Numbered from the stretch's first letter, positions 9,066 to 19,362 are shown. The stretch is 64,000 nt of DNA from Occultella glacieicola (GCF_004353825.1 NZ_SMNA01000006.1:372001-436000), one strand, 5' to 3'. Program-made: numbers and translations. The notes: generated by a model from the sequence alone, not told the origin.

Positions 9066-10006
9066 GTATCCGTACCGTCCGGAAGGGGCGCCTGGCCACC
9101 GGCGCATTCGCCGTCGGCGCCGTCCTCGCCCTGGCCGCGTGTGGCTCGGGCGACCCACTCGCCCCCGAGGACACCGGATCCGAGTCCGGTGACGGCGGGG
9201 CCGCCACTGGCCCGATCGTGATCGGGTCACAGGCCTACTACTCGAACGAGATCATCGCCGAGATCTACGCGCAGGCGCTCGAGGCGGACGGGTTCGAGGT
9301 GGAACGCCAGTTCCAGATCGGCCAGCGCGACGTCTACATGGCCGCCATGGAGGACGGGTCGGTGCAGCTGATCCCCGAGTACTCCGGGAACCTGCTGCAG
9401 TTCTACGACGCGGAGACCGAGGCCCGCAGCACCGAGGACGTCGCAGCCGCGCTGCCGGACGCGGTGCCGGACGGCCTCGCCGTGCTGGACCCGGCGGACG
9501 CCCAGGACGCGGACTCCTACAACGTGACGGCCGCGTTCTCGGAGGAGAACGGCATCACGTCCCTGGCCGATCTGGCCGACTTCGACGGCACCCTCACGGT
9601 CGGCGGCAACGCCGAGCTCGAGTCCCGCCCGTACGGCCCGCCGGGACTGAGCGAGTTCTACGGAGTGGACGTGGAGTTCGTCGCCATCGGGGACAGCGGC
9701 GGCCCACTCACCAAGGACGCCATCCGGGACGGGACCATCACGATGGGCGATATCTACACCGCCGACCCTGACCTCGCGACCGGTGACTTCGTCACCCTGG
9801 AGGACCCGGAGAGCATGATCCTGGCGCAGAACGTGACCCCGGTGGTCGCGGCGGACCTGGCCGAGGCGGTGACCCCGACCCTGGACGCCGTGAACGCCCT
9901 GCTCACCACGGAGGAGCTGATCGCGCTCAACGCGAGCAGCGTGAACGACCAGCAGGACTCGGCGACCATCGCGACCGCGTGGCTCACCGACAACGGGCTG
10001 CTCTGA
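9062..10006 (+). CDS. Osmoprotectant ABC transporter substrate-binding lipoprotein
   Basis: Lipobox LAAC, IVIGS...EIIAEIYAQAL, PEYSGNL. Confidence 0.9.
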   Translation: MSIRTVRKGRLATGAFAVGAVLALAACGSGDPLAPEDTGSESGDGGAATGPIVIGSQAYYSNEIIAEIYAQALEADGFEVERQFQIGQRDVYMAAMEDGSVQLIPEYSGNLLQFYDAETEARSTEDVAAALPDAVPDGLAVLDPADAQDADSYNVTAAFSEENGITSLADLADFDGTLTVGGNAELESRPYGPPGLSEFYGVDVEFVAIGDSGGPLTKDAIRDGTITMGDIYTADPDLATGDFVTLEDPESMILAQNVTPVVAADLAEAVTPTLDAVNALLTTEELIALNASSVNDQQDSATIATAWLTDNGLL

Positions 10007-10010
10007 GCCG

Positions 10011-10535
10011 ATGAGCGTCAGCACCGACATCCTGGCCGACGGCTTCGCCCGCGTGCAGGGCCTGGTCCACCGTGTCCTCGATGACGCCGACGACCCGGTC
10101 CTCACCTCTCGTCTGGACCCGGCGGCGAACACGGTCGCGTGGCTGATCTGGCACCTGACCCGGGTCCAGGACGACCACGTCGCGGACGCCGCCGGATCGG
10201 AACAGGTGTGGTCCGCGGCAGGCTGGGTGGACCGGTTCGAGCTGCCGCTCCCGGCCGAGGACACCGGGTACGGTCACACCGCCGAGCAGGTCGGCCTGGT
10301 CCAGGCCGGCGCGCAGAACCTGCGCGGTTACCACGACGCGGTCCATGACCGCACCCTCGGCTACCTGGCCGGGTTGACCGAGGATGACCTCACCGCCGTC
10401 ATCGACACGAGCTGGGACCCGCCGGTCACGCTCGCGGTGCGGTTGGTCAGTGTGATCGGGGACGACCTGCAGCACGCGGGCCAGGCTGCCCTAATCAAGG
10501 GAATCCTCGCCCGCACCGGGACCGCAACCCGCTGA
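10011..10535 (+). CDS. DinB-superfamily / DUF664 (mycothiol transferase-like) protein
   Basis: ANTVAWLIWHLTR and DDLQHAGQAA metal-binding helices. Confidence 0.8.
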   Translation: MSVSTDILADGFARVQGLVHRVLDDADDPVLTSRLDPAANTVAWLIWHLTRVQDDHVADAAGSEQVWSAAGWVDRFELPLPAEDTGYGHTAEQVGLVQAGAQNLRGYHDAVHDRTLGYLAGLTEDDLTAVIDTSWDPPVTLAVRLVSVIGDDLQHAGQAALIKGILARTGTATR

Positions 10536-10547
10536 GCCGCACGCAAC

Positions 10548-10585
10548 GGCGGGCGGCCCGGGTCCGGTGACCCGGGCCGCCCGCC
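10548..10585. terminator. Bidirectional hairpin terminator
   Basis: Perfect 17-bp stem GGCGGGCGGCCCGGGTC-cggt-GACCCGGGCCGCCCGCC between convergent genes. Confidence 0.8.
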
Positions 10586-10603
10586 GTCCGCTGCCGCAGG
10601 AAC

Positions 10604-11851
10604 TCAGCGCAGGCCCTCGAAGAACGCCCGGATCTCCGCCACCAGCTCGTCCGGGGCCTCCATCGCCGGGAAGTGGCCACCGACCTCGAACTCCGTCCAC
10701 CGGGTGACGTTCCCCGTGTCGACGAGCGAGCGCACCGAGGGGTCGCCCGCGAACACGGCCACCCCCGTGGGCACGGTGGGCCCAGTGGGCACAGCCGTCG
10801 CCCCCTCCTGCCCGTCGGGTCCGGCTTGCGCGTCGGCTCCGGCGTATTCGGGTCGCTGGTCGTCCTCCCCGCCCGGCGGGGTCCAGTCGAGCTCGCCGTT
10901 CATGGACTCGTACACGAAGTTCGCCGAGCCGGCGCCGCCCTGGAAGAACCAGGTCAGGGTGACGTTGGTCAGCAGCTGGTCGCGGTCCACCGCGTCCTCG
11001 GGCAGGTCCTTGGCCGGGTCGGTCCAGGCCCGGAACTTCTCGACGATCCAGGACAGCTGCGCGACCGGTGAGTCGGTGAGCGCGACCGCGATCGTGGACG
11101 GCTGGTTGCTCTGCAGCAGGAAGTACCCGGACCCATGCTCGCCGAAGTCCTGCTCCGAACTCAGACGCTGCTGCTCGCGCTCCGTGAACTTCTGGCCCGG
11201 TGTCGGCTTGGCGAAGTTCGACGGGCCGTTCATGTGGATCCCGACCACGGCCTCCGGGGCCGCGCCGGCGAGCATCCCGGCCACGCCGGCACCGATGTCC
11301 CCGCCCTGGGTGCCGTACCGCCCGTACCCCAGCCGCCGCATCAGTTCGGCATAGGCGTCGACCGTGCGCGGCAGCCCCCATCCGGTGGTCGCCACCTCAG
11401 GCGAGAGACCGAACCCCGGCAGGCTCGGGATCACCAGGTGGAACGCCTGGTCCGGGTCCGAGCCATGATTGCGCGGGTCGGTGAGCGGACCGATGATCTT
11501 CTGGAACTCGACGACCGTGCTCGGCCAGCCGTGGCTGATCAGCAGCGGCATCGCACCCGGTTCGGGCGAGCGCACGTGCAGGAAGTGGACGTCCTGACCG
11601 TCGATCTCGGTGACGTACTGTGGGATGGCGTTCAGCCGCTCCTCCTGGGCGCGCCAGTCGAAGCCGGTGCGCCAGTACTCGGCCAGCCCGCGCAGGTAGC
11701 CGACCGGGGTGCCCCGCTCCCAGCCGACGCCCGGCAGCGCCACCGGCCACCGGGTCCTGGCCAGGCGCTCGTGCAGGTCGTCCAGGGCGGCCTGCGGGAT
11801 GTCGATCGTGTAGGGCCGGATCTCTGTGTCCTTCTGCATGTTCTTGTCCAT
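10604..11851 (-). CDS. Epoxide hydrolase (microsomal-type, alpha/beta hydrolase)
   Basis: [10 protein letters not shown]...LARTRWP, HGWPS, PSLPGFG, QGGDIG nucleophile, GGHFPAME. Confidence 0.92.
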   Translation of the reverse strand: MDKNMQKDTEIRPYTIDIPQAALDDLHERLARTRWPVALPGVGWERGTPVGYLRGLAEYWRTGFDWRAQEERLNAIPQYVTEIDGQDVHFLHVRSPEPGAMPLLISHGWPSTVVEFQKIIGPLTDPRNHGSDPDQAFHLVIPSLPGFGLSPEVATTGWGLPRTVDAYAELMRRLGYGRYGTQGGDIGAGVAGMLAGAAPEAVVGIHMNGPSNFAKPTPGQKFTEREQQRLSSEQDFGEHGSGYFLLQSNQPSTIAVALTDSPVAQLSWIVEKFRAWTDPAKDLPEDAVDRDQLLTNVTLTWFFQGGAGSANFVYESMNGELDWTPPGGEDDQRPEYAGADAQAGPDGQEGATAVPTGPTVPTGVAVFAGDPSVRSLVDTGNVTRWTEFEVGGHFPAMEAPDELVAEIRAFFEGLR

Positions 11852-11870
11852 GTCCACGACGCTACGCATG

Positions 11871-11895
11871 GATGTGGCGGGTTCGCTTCCGCATC
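11871..11895. promoter_or_regulatory. Probable operator between epoxide hydrolase and the WYL regulator
   Basis: Imperfect dyad GATGTGG-N11-CCGCATC in a 62-bp divergent gap. Confidence 0.4.
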
Positions 11896-11913
11896 TTCTG
11901 CCACCATCGACGC

Positions 11914-12873
11914 ATGATCTCGACGTCGGCCCGGCTCCTGCGCCTGCTGTCCCTGCTCCACACGCATCGGGCGTGGTCCGGTGGCGAGTTGTCCGAACGG
12001 CTGGGGGTGAGTACCCGCACCGTCCGGGCCGACGTCGAGGCGCTGCGCGAGCTCGGATACCCGGTCGACGCCGTCCGGGGCCCGGGTGGTGGGTACCGGC
12101 TCGTGGCCGGCACGAAACTGCCACCGTTGCTGCTCGACGACGAGGAGGCGGTCGCCGTCGCCGTCGGGCTCCGCTCGGCAGCCACCGGCGCCGTCGGCGG
12201 GATCGAGGAGACCTCGTTGCAGGCACTCACGAAACTCGAGCAGGTGCTGCCCAGCCGGCTGCGGCACCGGGTCGCGACGTTCACCGAGGCGGTGGTGCCG
12301 ATCCCGACGGCGGAGCCCACCGTGGCCGTCGACGTCCTGACCGCGGTCGCCTCGGCGGCCCGCGAGCATCAGCGGTTGCGGTTCGACTACACCGATCACC
12401 GGGGCGCGGTGACCAGGCGTGAGGTCGAGCCGCTCCGGCTCGTGAACACGGCGAGCCGCTGGTACCTGGTGGCGTGGGACACCGACCGCCGGGACTGGCG
12501 CACGTTCCGGGCCGACCGGGTCGAGCCGAAGGTCCCCGTGGGGCCGCGGTTCACACCGAGAGAGCCGCCCGCCACGGACCTGGCGGCCTATGTGAGTGAG
12601 CGGACCGGGACGGCGGTCTGGGGCGTCCAGGCCCGGATCCGGCTGCATGCTTCGGCGGCGTCCGTGGCCGCGCGGATCACGCCCACGATGGGATCGGTGA
12701 CGCCGATCGACGACGAGCACTGCGAACTGCGCACGGGCGGGTCCAGCCTGGAGGTCCTGGCCGCCTACCTGGGCCTGCTCGGCGTGGATTTCGACGTGCT
12801 CGCCCCGGCCGACCTCGTCGAGCATGTGCGCACCCTCGGCGAGCGCTACCGGCGGGCGGCCGACCCGCGGTGA
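11914..12873 (+). CDS. YafY-family HTH-WYL transcriptional regulator
   Basis: [43 protein letters not shown]...RTFRADR. Confidence 0.93.
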   Translation: MISTSARLLRLLSLLHTHRAWSGGELSERLGVSTRTVRADVEALRELGYPVDAVRGPGGGYRLVAGTKLPPLLLDDEEAVAVAVGLRSAATGAVGGIEETSLQALTKLEQVLPSRLRHRVATFTEAVVPIPTAEPTVAVDVLTAVASAAREHQRLRFDYTDHRGAVTRREVEPLRLVNTASRWYLVAWDTDRRDWRTFRADRVEPKVPVGPRFTPREPPATDLAAYVSERTGTAVWGVQARIRLHASAASVAARITPTMGSVTPIDDEHCELRTGGSSLEVLAAYLGLLGVDFDVLAPADLVEHVRTLGERYRRAADPR

Positions 12874-12891
12874 GGACCGCCCGGGCGAGCG

Positions 12892-14253
12892 TCAACGCTC
12901 GGCGGGCTCCGCCGTCGGGGTCCGGATCCCGATGAACGAGAAGGCCGCGCCGACGCCCATCAACAGCGCACTGACCACCAGACCGCGGTAGAACCCGGCC
13001 AGATCGAGCATGCCGCCGACGATCGTGCCGACCATGGCCACCGCGACCAGCCCGGCCACGCGCGAGATGGCGTTGTTCACGGCGGAGGCGATGCCGGCCC
13101 GCTCCGGGGCCACGGCACCGAGCACCGCCGACGTCAGCGGGGCGACGGTGACGGTCAGGCCGAGCCCGAACAGGATCACGCCGGGCAGCATCTGGGTCCA
13201 GTAGTTCATCGGGTCGGTGACGCTCAGCATGAGCAGGAACCCGGCGCCGGCGAGCAGCGGCCCGGCCGTCATGAACAGCCGCGGCCCGTACCGCCCGGAC
13301 AGCCGGCCGAACGTCGAGGACAGACCGATCATCAGGATCGTGGTCGGGATCATGGCGAGCCCGGCCACGGTGGCTCCGAAGCCCGCACCCTGCTGCAGGT
13401 AGACGACGATCACGAACCCGGACAGGCTCAGCGCCGCATAGATGAAGGTGGTCGCGAGGTTGCCCCAGGCGAAGTTGCGTACCCGGAACAGCCCGAGCGG
13501 CAGGATCGGTTGGGCCGTGGTCGCCTGCCGGCGCAGGAACGCGGCCAGAGCCAGCACGCCGACGAGCATCGGCCCCCAGATCGCGGGACTCGCCCAGCCC
13601 AGGTTGCCCTGCTCGATGAGGGCGAACACCGTGCCGCCCAGACCCACGACGGCCAGCACCGCGCCGGGATAGTCGATGGTGGCGCCCGGCCGGCGGACGT
13701 CCCGCTGCTCGAGTCGCGCGAGCAGGACCAGGCAGATCGCGATCGGGACCACGTTGACCAGGAAGGCGGCACGCCAGGACAGCAGGTCGATGAACCCGCC
13801 TCCGACGACCGGGCCGACGAGCTGGGCGACCGAGGTCCACCCGGTCCAGGACCCGATGGCGCGCGCCTGTGCGGCGTCGCGGAAGTTCGACATGATCAGG
13901 GCGAGCGAGCTCGGCACCAGGAGGGCGCCGGCGACGCCCTGGAGGGCACGCATCACCACGATGAACTCCACCGTGGGCGCGGCCGCGATGAGGGCCGAGG
14001 TGATCCCGAACCCGATCAGGCCGACCCGCAGCACCACGATCCGCCCGTACACGTCCGAGAGTGACCCCGCGATCAGGATCAAGGCACCGAGCGTGATCAG
14101 GTAGGCGTCGACGATCCACTGCTGCGAGCTCAGTCCGCCGCCGAGCTCGTCGCGGATCGCGGGCAGCGCGACGGTCGCGAGGGTGCCGTCGAGGAACGAG
14201 ACGAATGATCCCAGCACGGCGATCGCGAGCACCAGGCGCTGTTCGCGCGTCAC
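12892..14253 (-). CDS. MFS transporter, DHA2 (14-TM) family
   Basis: FLDGT...VALPAI, WIVDAYL, GSLSDVYGR, RALQG. Leaderless GTG 7 nt after TAGGCT. Confidence 0.9.
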   Translation of the reverse strand: MTREQRLVLAIAVLGSFVSFLDGTLATVALPAIRDELGGGLSSQQWIVDAYLITLGALILIAGSLSDVYGRIVVLRVGLIGFGITSALIAAAPTVEFIVVMRALQGVAGALLVPSSLALIMSNFRDAAQARAIGSWTGWTSVAQLVGPVVGGGFIDLLSWRAAFLVNVVPIAICLVLLARLEQRDVRRPGATIDYPGAVLAVVGLGGTVFALIEQGNLGWASPAIWGPMLVGVLALAAFLRRQATTAQPILPLGLFRVRNFAWGNLATTFIYAALSLSGFVIVVYLQQGAGFGATVAGLAMIPTTILMIGLSSTFGRLSGRYGPRLFMTAGPLLAGAGFLLMLSVTDPMNYWTQMLPGVILFGLGLTVTVAPLTSAVLGAVAPERAGIASAVNNAISRVAGLVAVAMVGTIVGGMLDLAGFYRGLVVSALLMGVGAAFSFIGIRTPTAEPAER

Positions 14254-14548
14254 GACCCGCAGCCTAGTCCAGTCCAGCCCCCTGCCCGCGGGGTCCCGCC
14301 GCCGCTCGGTGGGCTCGGCGCTGAGCTCGGCGCCGCCGCGCACGCTTCGGCACTCAGAGCTTCGAGTTCGTCCGCGGGCGGGACCTGCACCGACGCAAAC
14401 GCAACCTGGCCACGTACTTCGTGCTCCCGGTCGGCTACTCGGTCGTGGCCAGCGGTGCCATGATCGGCCGGCTCGTGGAACCACTGGGCAGGGTGCGGTG
14501 GACGAAGGAGGGACCTCCTGACCCCGACGCCGCCCGGGACCCGCGGGG

Positions 14549-15478
14549 TCAGGGCAGCGTGTGTCCGGCGGCGCTGAACAGCCGGTACCACTCCTCGCGC
14601 GTCAGCGGGACCTGCGAACCCGCCGCGGCATCCGCCACCCGCTCGGGACTGGTGGTGCCCAGGACCACCTGCATCTCGGCCGGGTGACGGGTGATCCAGG
14701 CGACCGCGATCGCGGCGGGGGGCACCCGGTAGGCATCCGCGAGGTCGTCGATCTCGTCGTTGAGCGGGCCGTAGTGCTCCCGGTCGCCGAGGAAGACCCC
14801 GGAGGCGAACCCGCTCTGGAACGGTGACCAGGCCTGCAGGGTGATCCGGTTCATCCGGGCGTGGTCGAGGATCCCGCTACCGCGGTCGATCGAGGCGTCC
14901 AGGTGCGCCATGTTCGTCGCGAGCCCGCTCGCGATCAGCGGAGCGTGCACGAGGCTCAGCTGCACCTGGTTCACCACCAGGGGCTGGCGCACCGACCGGC
15001 GCAGCAGCTCGATCTGCCCGGGGGTGTGGTTGGAGACTCCGAAGTTGCGCACCTTCCCGGTGCCCTGGAGTTCGTCGAACGCCTCGGCGACCTCGTCCGG
15101 TTCCATCAGCGTGTCCGGCCGGTGCAGCAGGAGCAGATCCAGGTACTCGGTGCGCAACGCGACCAGGGACTCCTCGACCGTCCGCACGATGTGAGCCTTG
15201 CTGAAGTCGTAGAGGCCCGGCCGGATCCCGACCTTCGACTGGATCAGGACGGACTCCCGTTCCGCCGGTCCGAAGCTGATCGCGTCCCCGAACCGCTGCT
15301 CACAGGCGTGCCGCTGTCCCCCGTAGATGTCGGCGTGGTCGAAGCTGTTCACGCCGTTGTCGCGGGCCACGGCCACCAGGGTGCGGATCTCCTCGTCACG
15401 CAGTTGGGCGATGCGCATCATGCCGAGCACCACGTTGGAGGCGTTCAGGTCGGTCCCGTGGATCGGAAGGATCTTCAT
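14549..15478 (-). CDS. Aldo/keto reductase (YdhF/YcsN-like)
   Basis: LGMMRI, FDHADIYG, IQSKVG, LLLHRPD, GVSNH, QAWSP. Confidence 0.9.
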   Translation of the reverse strand: MKILPIHGTDLNASNVVLGMMRIAQLRDEEIRTLVAVARDNGVNSFDHADIYGGQRHACEQRFGDAISFGPAERESVLIQSKVGIRPGLYDFSKAHIVRTVEESLVALRTEYLDLLLLHRPDTLMEPDEVAEAFDELQGTGKVRNFGVSNHTPGQIELLRRSVRQPLVVNQVQLSLVHAPLIASGLATNMAHLDASIDRGSGILDHARMNRITLQAWSPFQSGFASGVFLGDREHYGPLNDEIDDLADAYRVPPAAIAVAWITRHPAEMQVVLGTTSPERVADAAAGSQVPLTREEWYRLFSAAGHTLP

Positions 15479-15494
15479 GACCCCATCTTGGCGG

Positions 15495-17225
15495 CTACTC
15501 CACGAGTTTGCCCTCCTGCGACACCTCGCCGATCAGGTCGGCGATCTCCGGTGGCACCGGTGGGACCGGCTCTCGCACCACCCCGGCTCCCGGGGACCAG
15601 ACCAGGTTGACGGCGAGTTCGGGGTCGAGGTCCGGGTGGTCGCTGCGGTTGTGGCAGCCGCGGGTCTCCCGGCGTTCGAGGGCGGCGGCCAGGGTCGCGC
15701 GGGCCGCGAGCGCCGAGGCCTCGAGGTCGAACGCGTGGGCCAGGTCGGCGTAGCCGGCGATGTCGGGGTGGATGCCGACGGCGCCGATCCGCTCCTCGAT
15801 CGCGTCGAGTTCGTCGAGGCCGGCGCGCAGGCCGGCCTCGTCACGCACCACCCCCGCGTGCTCGGTCATGGTGTTCCGGATCGCTCGCTGCAGGGCGCGC
15901 ACATTCTCCGAGCCCTCAGCAGCGAGCAGGTCGTCCACCTCCGTCCGGGCCTCGTCGACGGCGGCGGCGGAGCGTCGCTGCGCCTGGAGTCCGGCCGAGT
16001 ACTCGGCCGCTGCCCGCCCCACGATCCGGCCGAACACGAGGAGCTCGATCAGGGAGTTCCCGCCGAGCCGGTTCGCACCGTGCAGCCCGCTGGATGCCTC
16101 TCCGATCGCGTACAGACCGTCGACGTCGGTGCCGTGATCCTCCGGCCGGACCCAGACCCCGCCCATCGAGTAGTGCGCGGTGGGCGCGATCTCGATCGGG
16201 CTCGTGGTGATGTCGAGCATCTGGAGTTCCAAGAGCGTCTGGTAGACGCGCGGCAGCCGGGTCATGATCGTCTCCCGCGGGAGGTGGGACACGTCCAGCC
16301 AGACCCCGCCGTTGTCGGTTCCGCGACCCTCGCTGATCTCGGTGTAGGCGGCCAGCGCGACCCGGTCGCGGGTGGACAGCTCCATGCGCTCGGGGTCGTA
16401 GCGGGTCATGAACCGCTCGCCGAGACCGTTCCGCAGGATCCCGCCCTCGCCGCGGGCCGCCTCGGACACGAGCGTGCCGGCCGCGTTCTGTGGTTCGAGG
16501 AGCCCGGAGGGATGGAACTGCACGAGTTCCGGATCCCGCAGGCGTGCGCCGGCCTCCACGGCCAGCCGGAACGAGTCGCCTGTGTTCTCGTCCCGCCGGG
16601 AGGAGGTGCGGCGCCAGATCCGGGTGTGCCCGCCGGCGGCCAGGATGACGGCGTCGGCGTGGATCAGGTAGCGGGTGCCGTCGGTGAGGTCGAAACCGTA
16701 GGCGCCGAAGACCACGTTGTCCCGGACCAGGATCCGGGTGATGTACACGCCGTCCAGGATCGGCACCTCCACCTGTTCGGCCCGGCGGACCAGCGTGCGC
16801 TGGATCTCCAGGCCGGTGTAGTCGCCGGCGAACGCGGTCCGCCGGTAGGTGTGCGCGCCGAAGTACCGCTGGGAGATCCGGCCGTCCTCCTCCCGGGCGA
16901 AGGCCATGCCGTAGCGCTCCAGGTCCGCGATGCCCCGGCCCGCCCCACGCGTGACGATCTCGACGGTGTGGGGGTTCGCCAGGTGGTAGCTCTCCTTGAT
17001 CGTGTCCGCGGCGTGCTGGCGCCAGCTGTCCTGCGGATCCATGGTTCCGAGTGCGGCGTTGATCCCGCCGGCGGCGAGCGCGGTGTGGGCGTCGAGCCGG
17101 GGCCGCTTGCCGACCGCGAGCACGGCCACCCCGGCCTCGGCGAGCTCGATGGCGGCTCGCAGCCCGGAGCCGCCCGTGCCGATGACGAGGACGGAGGTGG
17201 AGAGTCGGTGTTCTGCGGCGGACAT
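15495..17225 (-). CDS. Succinate dehydrogenase/fumarate reductase flavoprotein-like FAD oxidoreductase (orphan)
   Basis: VIGTGGSG, HTALAAGG, QFHPSG, EAARGEGG, HYSMGG, HGANRLGGNSL, RRETRGCH. Confidence 0.88.
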   Translation of the reverse strand: MSAAEHRLSTSVLVIGTGGSGLRAAIELAEAGVAVLAVGKRPRLDAHTALAAGGINAALGTMDPQDSWRQHAADTIKESYHLANPHTVEIVTRGAGRGIADLERYGMAFAREEDGRISQRYFGAHTYRRTAFAGDYTGLEIQRTLVRRAEQVEVPILDGVYITRILVRDNVVFGAYGFDLTDGTRYLIHADAVILAAGGHTRIWRRTSSRRDENTGDSFRLAVEAGARLRDPELVQFHPSGLLEPQNAAGTLVSEAARGEGGILRNGLGERFMTRYDPERMELSTRDRVALAAYTEISEGRGTDNGGVWLDVSHLPRETIMTRLPRVYQTLLELQMLDITTSPIEIAPTAHYSMGGVWVRPEDHGTDVDGLYAIGEASSGLHGANRLGGNSLIELLVFGRIVGRAAAEYSAGLQAQRRSAAAVDEARTEVDDLLAAEGSENVRALQRAIRNTMTEHAGVVRDEAGLRAGLDELDAIEERIGAVGIHPDIAGYADLAHAFDLEASALAARATLAAALERRETRGCHNRSDHPDLDPELAVNLVWSPGAGVVREPVPPVPPEIADLIGEVSQEGKLVE

Positions 17226-17321
17226 GTGGGGGTCCTTCGGATCGGGGCTCGGTGCCTTGCACACCTATGACCACGCTAGGCACCGAGTCGTGACAGCCCC
17301 GGGCCGAAGGTCCCTGGACGA

Positions 17322-18584
17322 TCAGCCCAGATCCTTCTCGGCGAGCTCCCGGAAGTCGTCCGGGACCCCGGCCCCACGGCCGAGCGTGGCCGGCAGGTAC
17401 CCCACGGCGTCCTTGCCGAACCGGGCCCGGGCGGCGTCCATCGAGGCGTCGAGCGCCCACCGGGCCGACCCGGGCGCCGAGCCCGGCCGCCAGGGATCCT
17501 CGGTGCCGAGCGGGAGTTCGAGCTGCACCCCGCGCTGGGGACCCAGGTTGGAGACCGAGATCGCGAGCAGACTCACCTCCGGCACCGGTTCGCCCTGATC
17601 GCCGATCGCCTGCCAGGCGAGCCGCTCGGCGACCTCCGTGATCGTGAGCGTGGACGACACCGGCGCGCCGAGGGTGACCGACCGGGTGACCGACCGCATC
17701 CCGGCGAACCGCACCCGCACGGTGATGGTGCGCCCGGCCCGCTCCTTCGCACGCATCCGCCCGCCGACCCGCTCCGCGAGGTGACCCAGCACGGCTCGGA
17801 CGAGTTCCGCCGTCGGCTCCCGCCGGCCGAGCGCGGACTGCGCGCCCACCGATCTGGCCCGCTGCCCCGCGGACACCCGCCGTGGGTCGGTGTTGTGGGC
17901 GAGGGCGTGCAGGCGCTCGCCGGCCGCGGGGCCGAGCAGAGAGCGCAGCATCCCCGGGGTGGCCCGCCCGAGCTCCCCGATCGTGTGGATGCCGCGGTCG
18001 GCCAGGTGCTGGCGGGTCACCGGGCCGACGCCCCACATCAGGGCGACCGGCAGCGGGTCGAGGAACTCCCGCTCCCGCTCGGGCTCGACGACCACCAGCC
18101 CGTCGGGCTTGGCCACCTGGGAGGCCACCTTCGCCAGGTGCTTGGTGCGGGCGGCGCCCACCGAGATCGCCAGCCCCACCTCCGCCCGGACCCGTTCGCG
18201 CAGGTGGGCGCCGATCACGCCGGGCGGCCCGAACAGGTGCACCGAACCGGACACGTCCAGGAACGCCTCGTCGATCGAGATCCGCTGCACGGCCGGGGTC
18301 ACGTCACCGAGGATGTCCATGACCTGATCCGCGAGCGGCTGGTAGCGCGTGAAGTTGCCGCGGACGAACACCAGTTCCGGGCACAGCCGGGCGGCCCGCC
18401 AGCCCGGCATGCCGCCCTGCACCCCGAACGCCTTGGCCTCGTAGGACGCGGCCAGCACGACTCCCCCGTGCGCGCTGCCCCCGACGGCGATCGGCCGGCC
18501 CCGCAGCGCAGGGTTCAGCAGCTGCTCGACCGAGGCGTAGAACGCGTCCAGGTCGGCGTGCAGGATCGTGGGCCCGACGAACAC
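17322..18584 (-). CDS. dinB: DNA polymerase IV, Y family (DinB3-type)
   Basis: HADLDAFYASVE, ASYEAK, SIDEAF, KHLAKVAS..KPDG; beta-clamp-like QLELPL near the C terminus. Confidence 0.95.
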   Translation of the reverse strand: MFVGPTILHADLDAFYASVEQLLNPALRGRPIAVGGSAHGGVVLAASYEAKAFGVQGGMPGWRAARLCPELVFVRGNFTRYQPLADQVMDILGDVTPAVQRISIDEAFLDVSGSVHLFGPPGVIGAHLRERVRAEVGLAISVGAARTKHLAKVASQVAKPDGLVVVEPEREREFLDPLPVALMWGVGPVTRQHLADRGIHTIGELGRATPGMLRSLLGPAAGERLHALAHNTDPRRVSAGQRARSVGAQSALGRREPTAELVRAVLGHLAERVGGRMRAKERAGRTITVRVRFAGMRSVTRSVTLGAPVSSTLTITEVAERLAWQAIGDQGEPVPEVSLLAISVSNLGPQRGVQLELPLGTEDPWRPGSAPGSARWALDASMDAARARFGKDAVGYLPATLGRGAGVPDDFRELAEKDLG

Positions 18585-18590
18585 GACCCG

Positions 18591-18613
18591 ATCCTAGTCG
18601 AACATCCGTACGA
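18591..18613 (-). promoter_or_regulatory. LexA (SOS) box abutting a leaderless -10 element
   Basis: TCGAAC-ATCC-GTACGA at 18598-18613 (1 mismatch to TCGAAC-N4-GTTCGA); minus-strand TAGGAT at 18596-18591, 6 nt before GTG 18584. Confidence 0.8.
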
Positions 18614-18682
18614 CGTCGAGAGATCGGGCGACCCCCGCGCGGGGAGGGCCGGACGCGGCGGTCCGGTCGGGGTCGGTCGGGG

Positions 18683-19201
18683 TCAGTCCGTGGCCACGTC
18701 CCAGGTCCCGATGTCCGCGAGGGTCACGCTCGACAGTTCCGCCCCGGCCGCCGTGAGCAGCGCGACGCAGTCCACGAGCGGCTCGGTGTCGGAGAAGCCC
18801 GCCGTCGCCGAGCCGTCCGCCGTGCAGTCGAAGTCGCCGATCACCCGCAGCGGTTCTGCGTCGCCACCACCCGAGACCCGACCGGACCACCCGTCGGGGG
18901 CGAGGGAGGGCACGAGGGCGCGATCGACGTCATCGAGCGTGCCCTCGGTCAGCCCCATGGTCACGGTCACGAACCAGGGTGTGCGACCGGCCAGTGAGGA
19001 GGCGTCGACCCCCATCTCGCCGAGTTCGACGGTGGTCCCGGACCGCACGTCCGTGACCGTGACGGCGAGGGTGGCGGAGTCGCCGGCACCGACGTCGATC
19101 GACTCCCCGACGGCGACCGCGTCGGTGCCCTCGGCGGAGCAGGCGGCCAGGAGCAGGAGGCCGACGGCGGCGGCCAGGGCGGCTGGGCGGGTGCGTTTCA
19201 T
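18683..19201 (-). CDS. Hypothetical lipoprotein
   Basis: MKRTR + hydrophobic stretch + LAAC lipobox; acidic beta-rich body. Confidence 0.75.
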   Translation of the reverse strand: MKRTRPAALAAAVGLLLLAACSAEGTDAVAVGESIDVGAGDSATLAVTVTDVRSGTTVELGEMGVDASSLAGRTPWFVTVTMGLTEGTLDDVDRALVPSLAPDGWSGRVSGGGDAEPLRVIGDFDCTADGSATAGFSDTEPLVDCVALLTAAGAELSSVTLADIGTWDVATD

Positions 19202-19362
19202 CCTCCAACCGTAGGGGGCTCCACCCACCGTCGGGTCCCACCGCGGGCGGCTCAGGAGGTCGGTGGCGTCCAGCCCGTCACCGCGTCCGCGACCCCCTGG
19301 CCAACGTCGGGTGCCCGATCTCCTCGAGGCTCGGCTGCGGCATAATGGGGCCCGAACGACAA

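Noticed and set aside
11914..12873. WYL protein as an anti-phage island marker
   Set aside because: YafY-type architecture beside a detoxification enzyme; no defence genes adjacent
14340..14548. Possible gene remnant on + (FEFVRGRDLHRRKRNLATYFVLPVGYSVVASGAMIGRLVEPLGRVRWTKE), vaguely like a membrane glycosyltransferase C terminus
   Set aside because: Too short, with no start/RBS or diagnostic motif; needs BLASTX before calling a pseudogene
15495..17225. Calling the flavoprotein nadB or sdhA
   Set aside because: It retains the covalent-FAD His (unlike NadB) and lacks sdhB/C/D neighbours; symbol withheld
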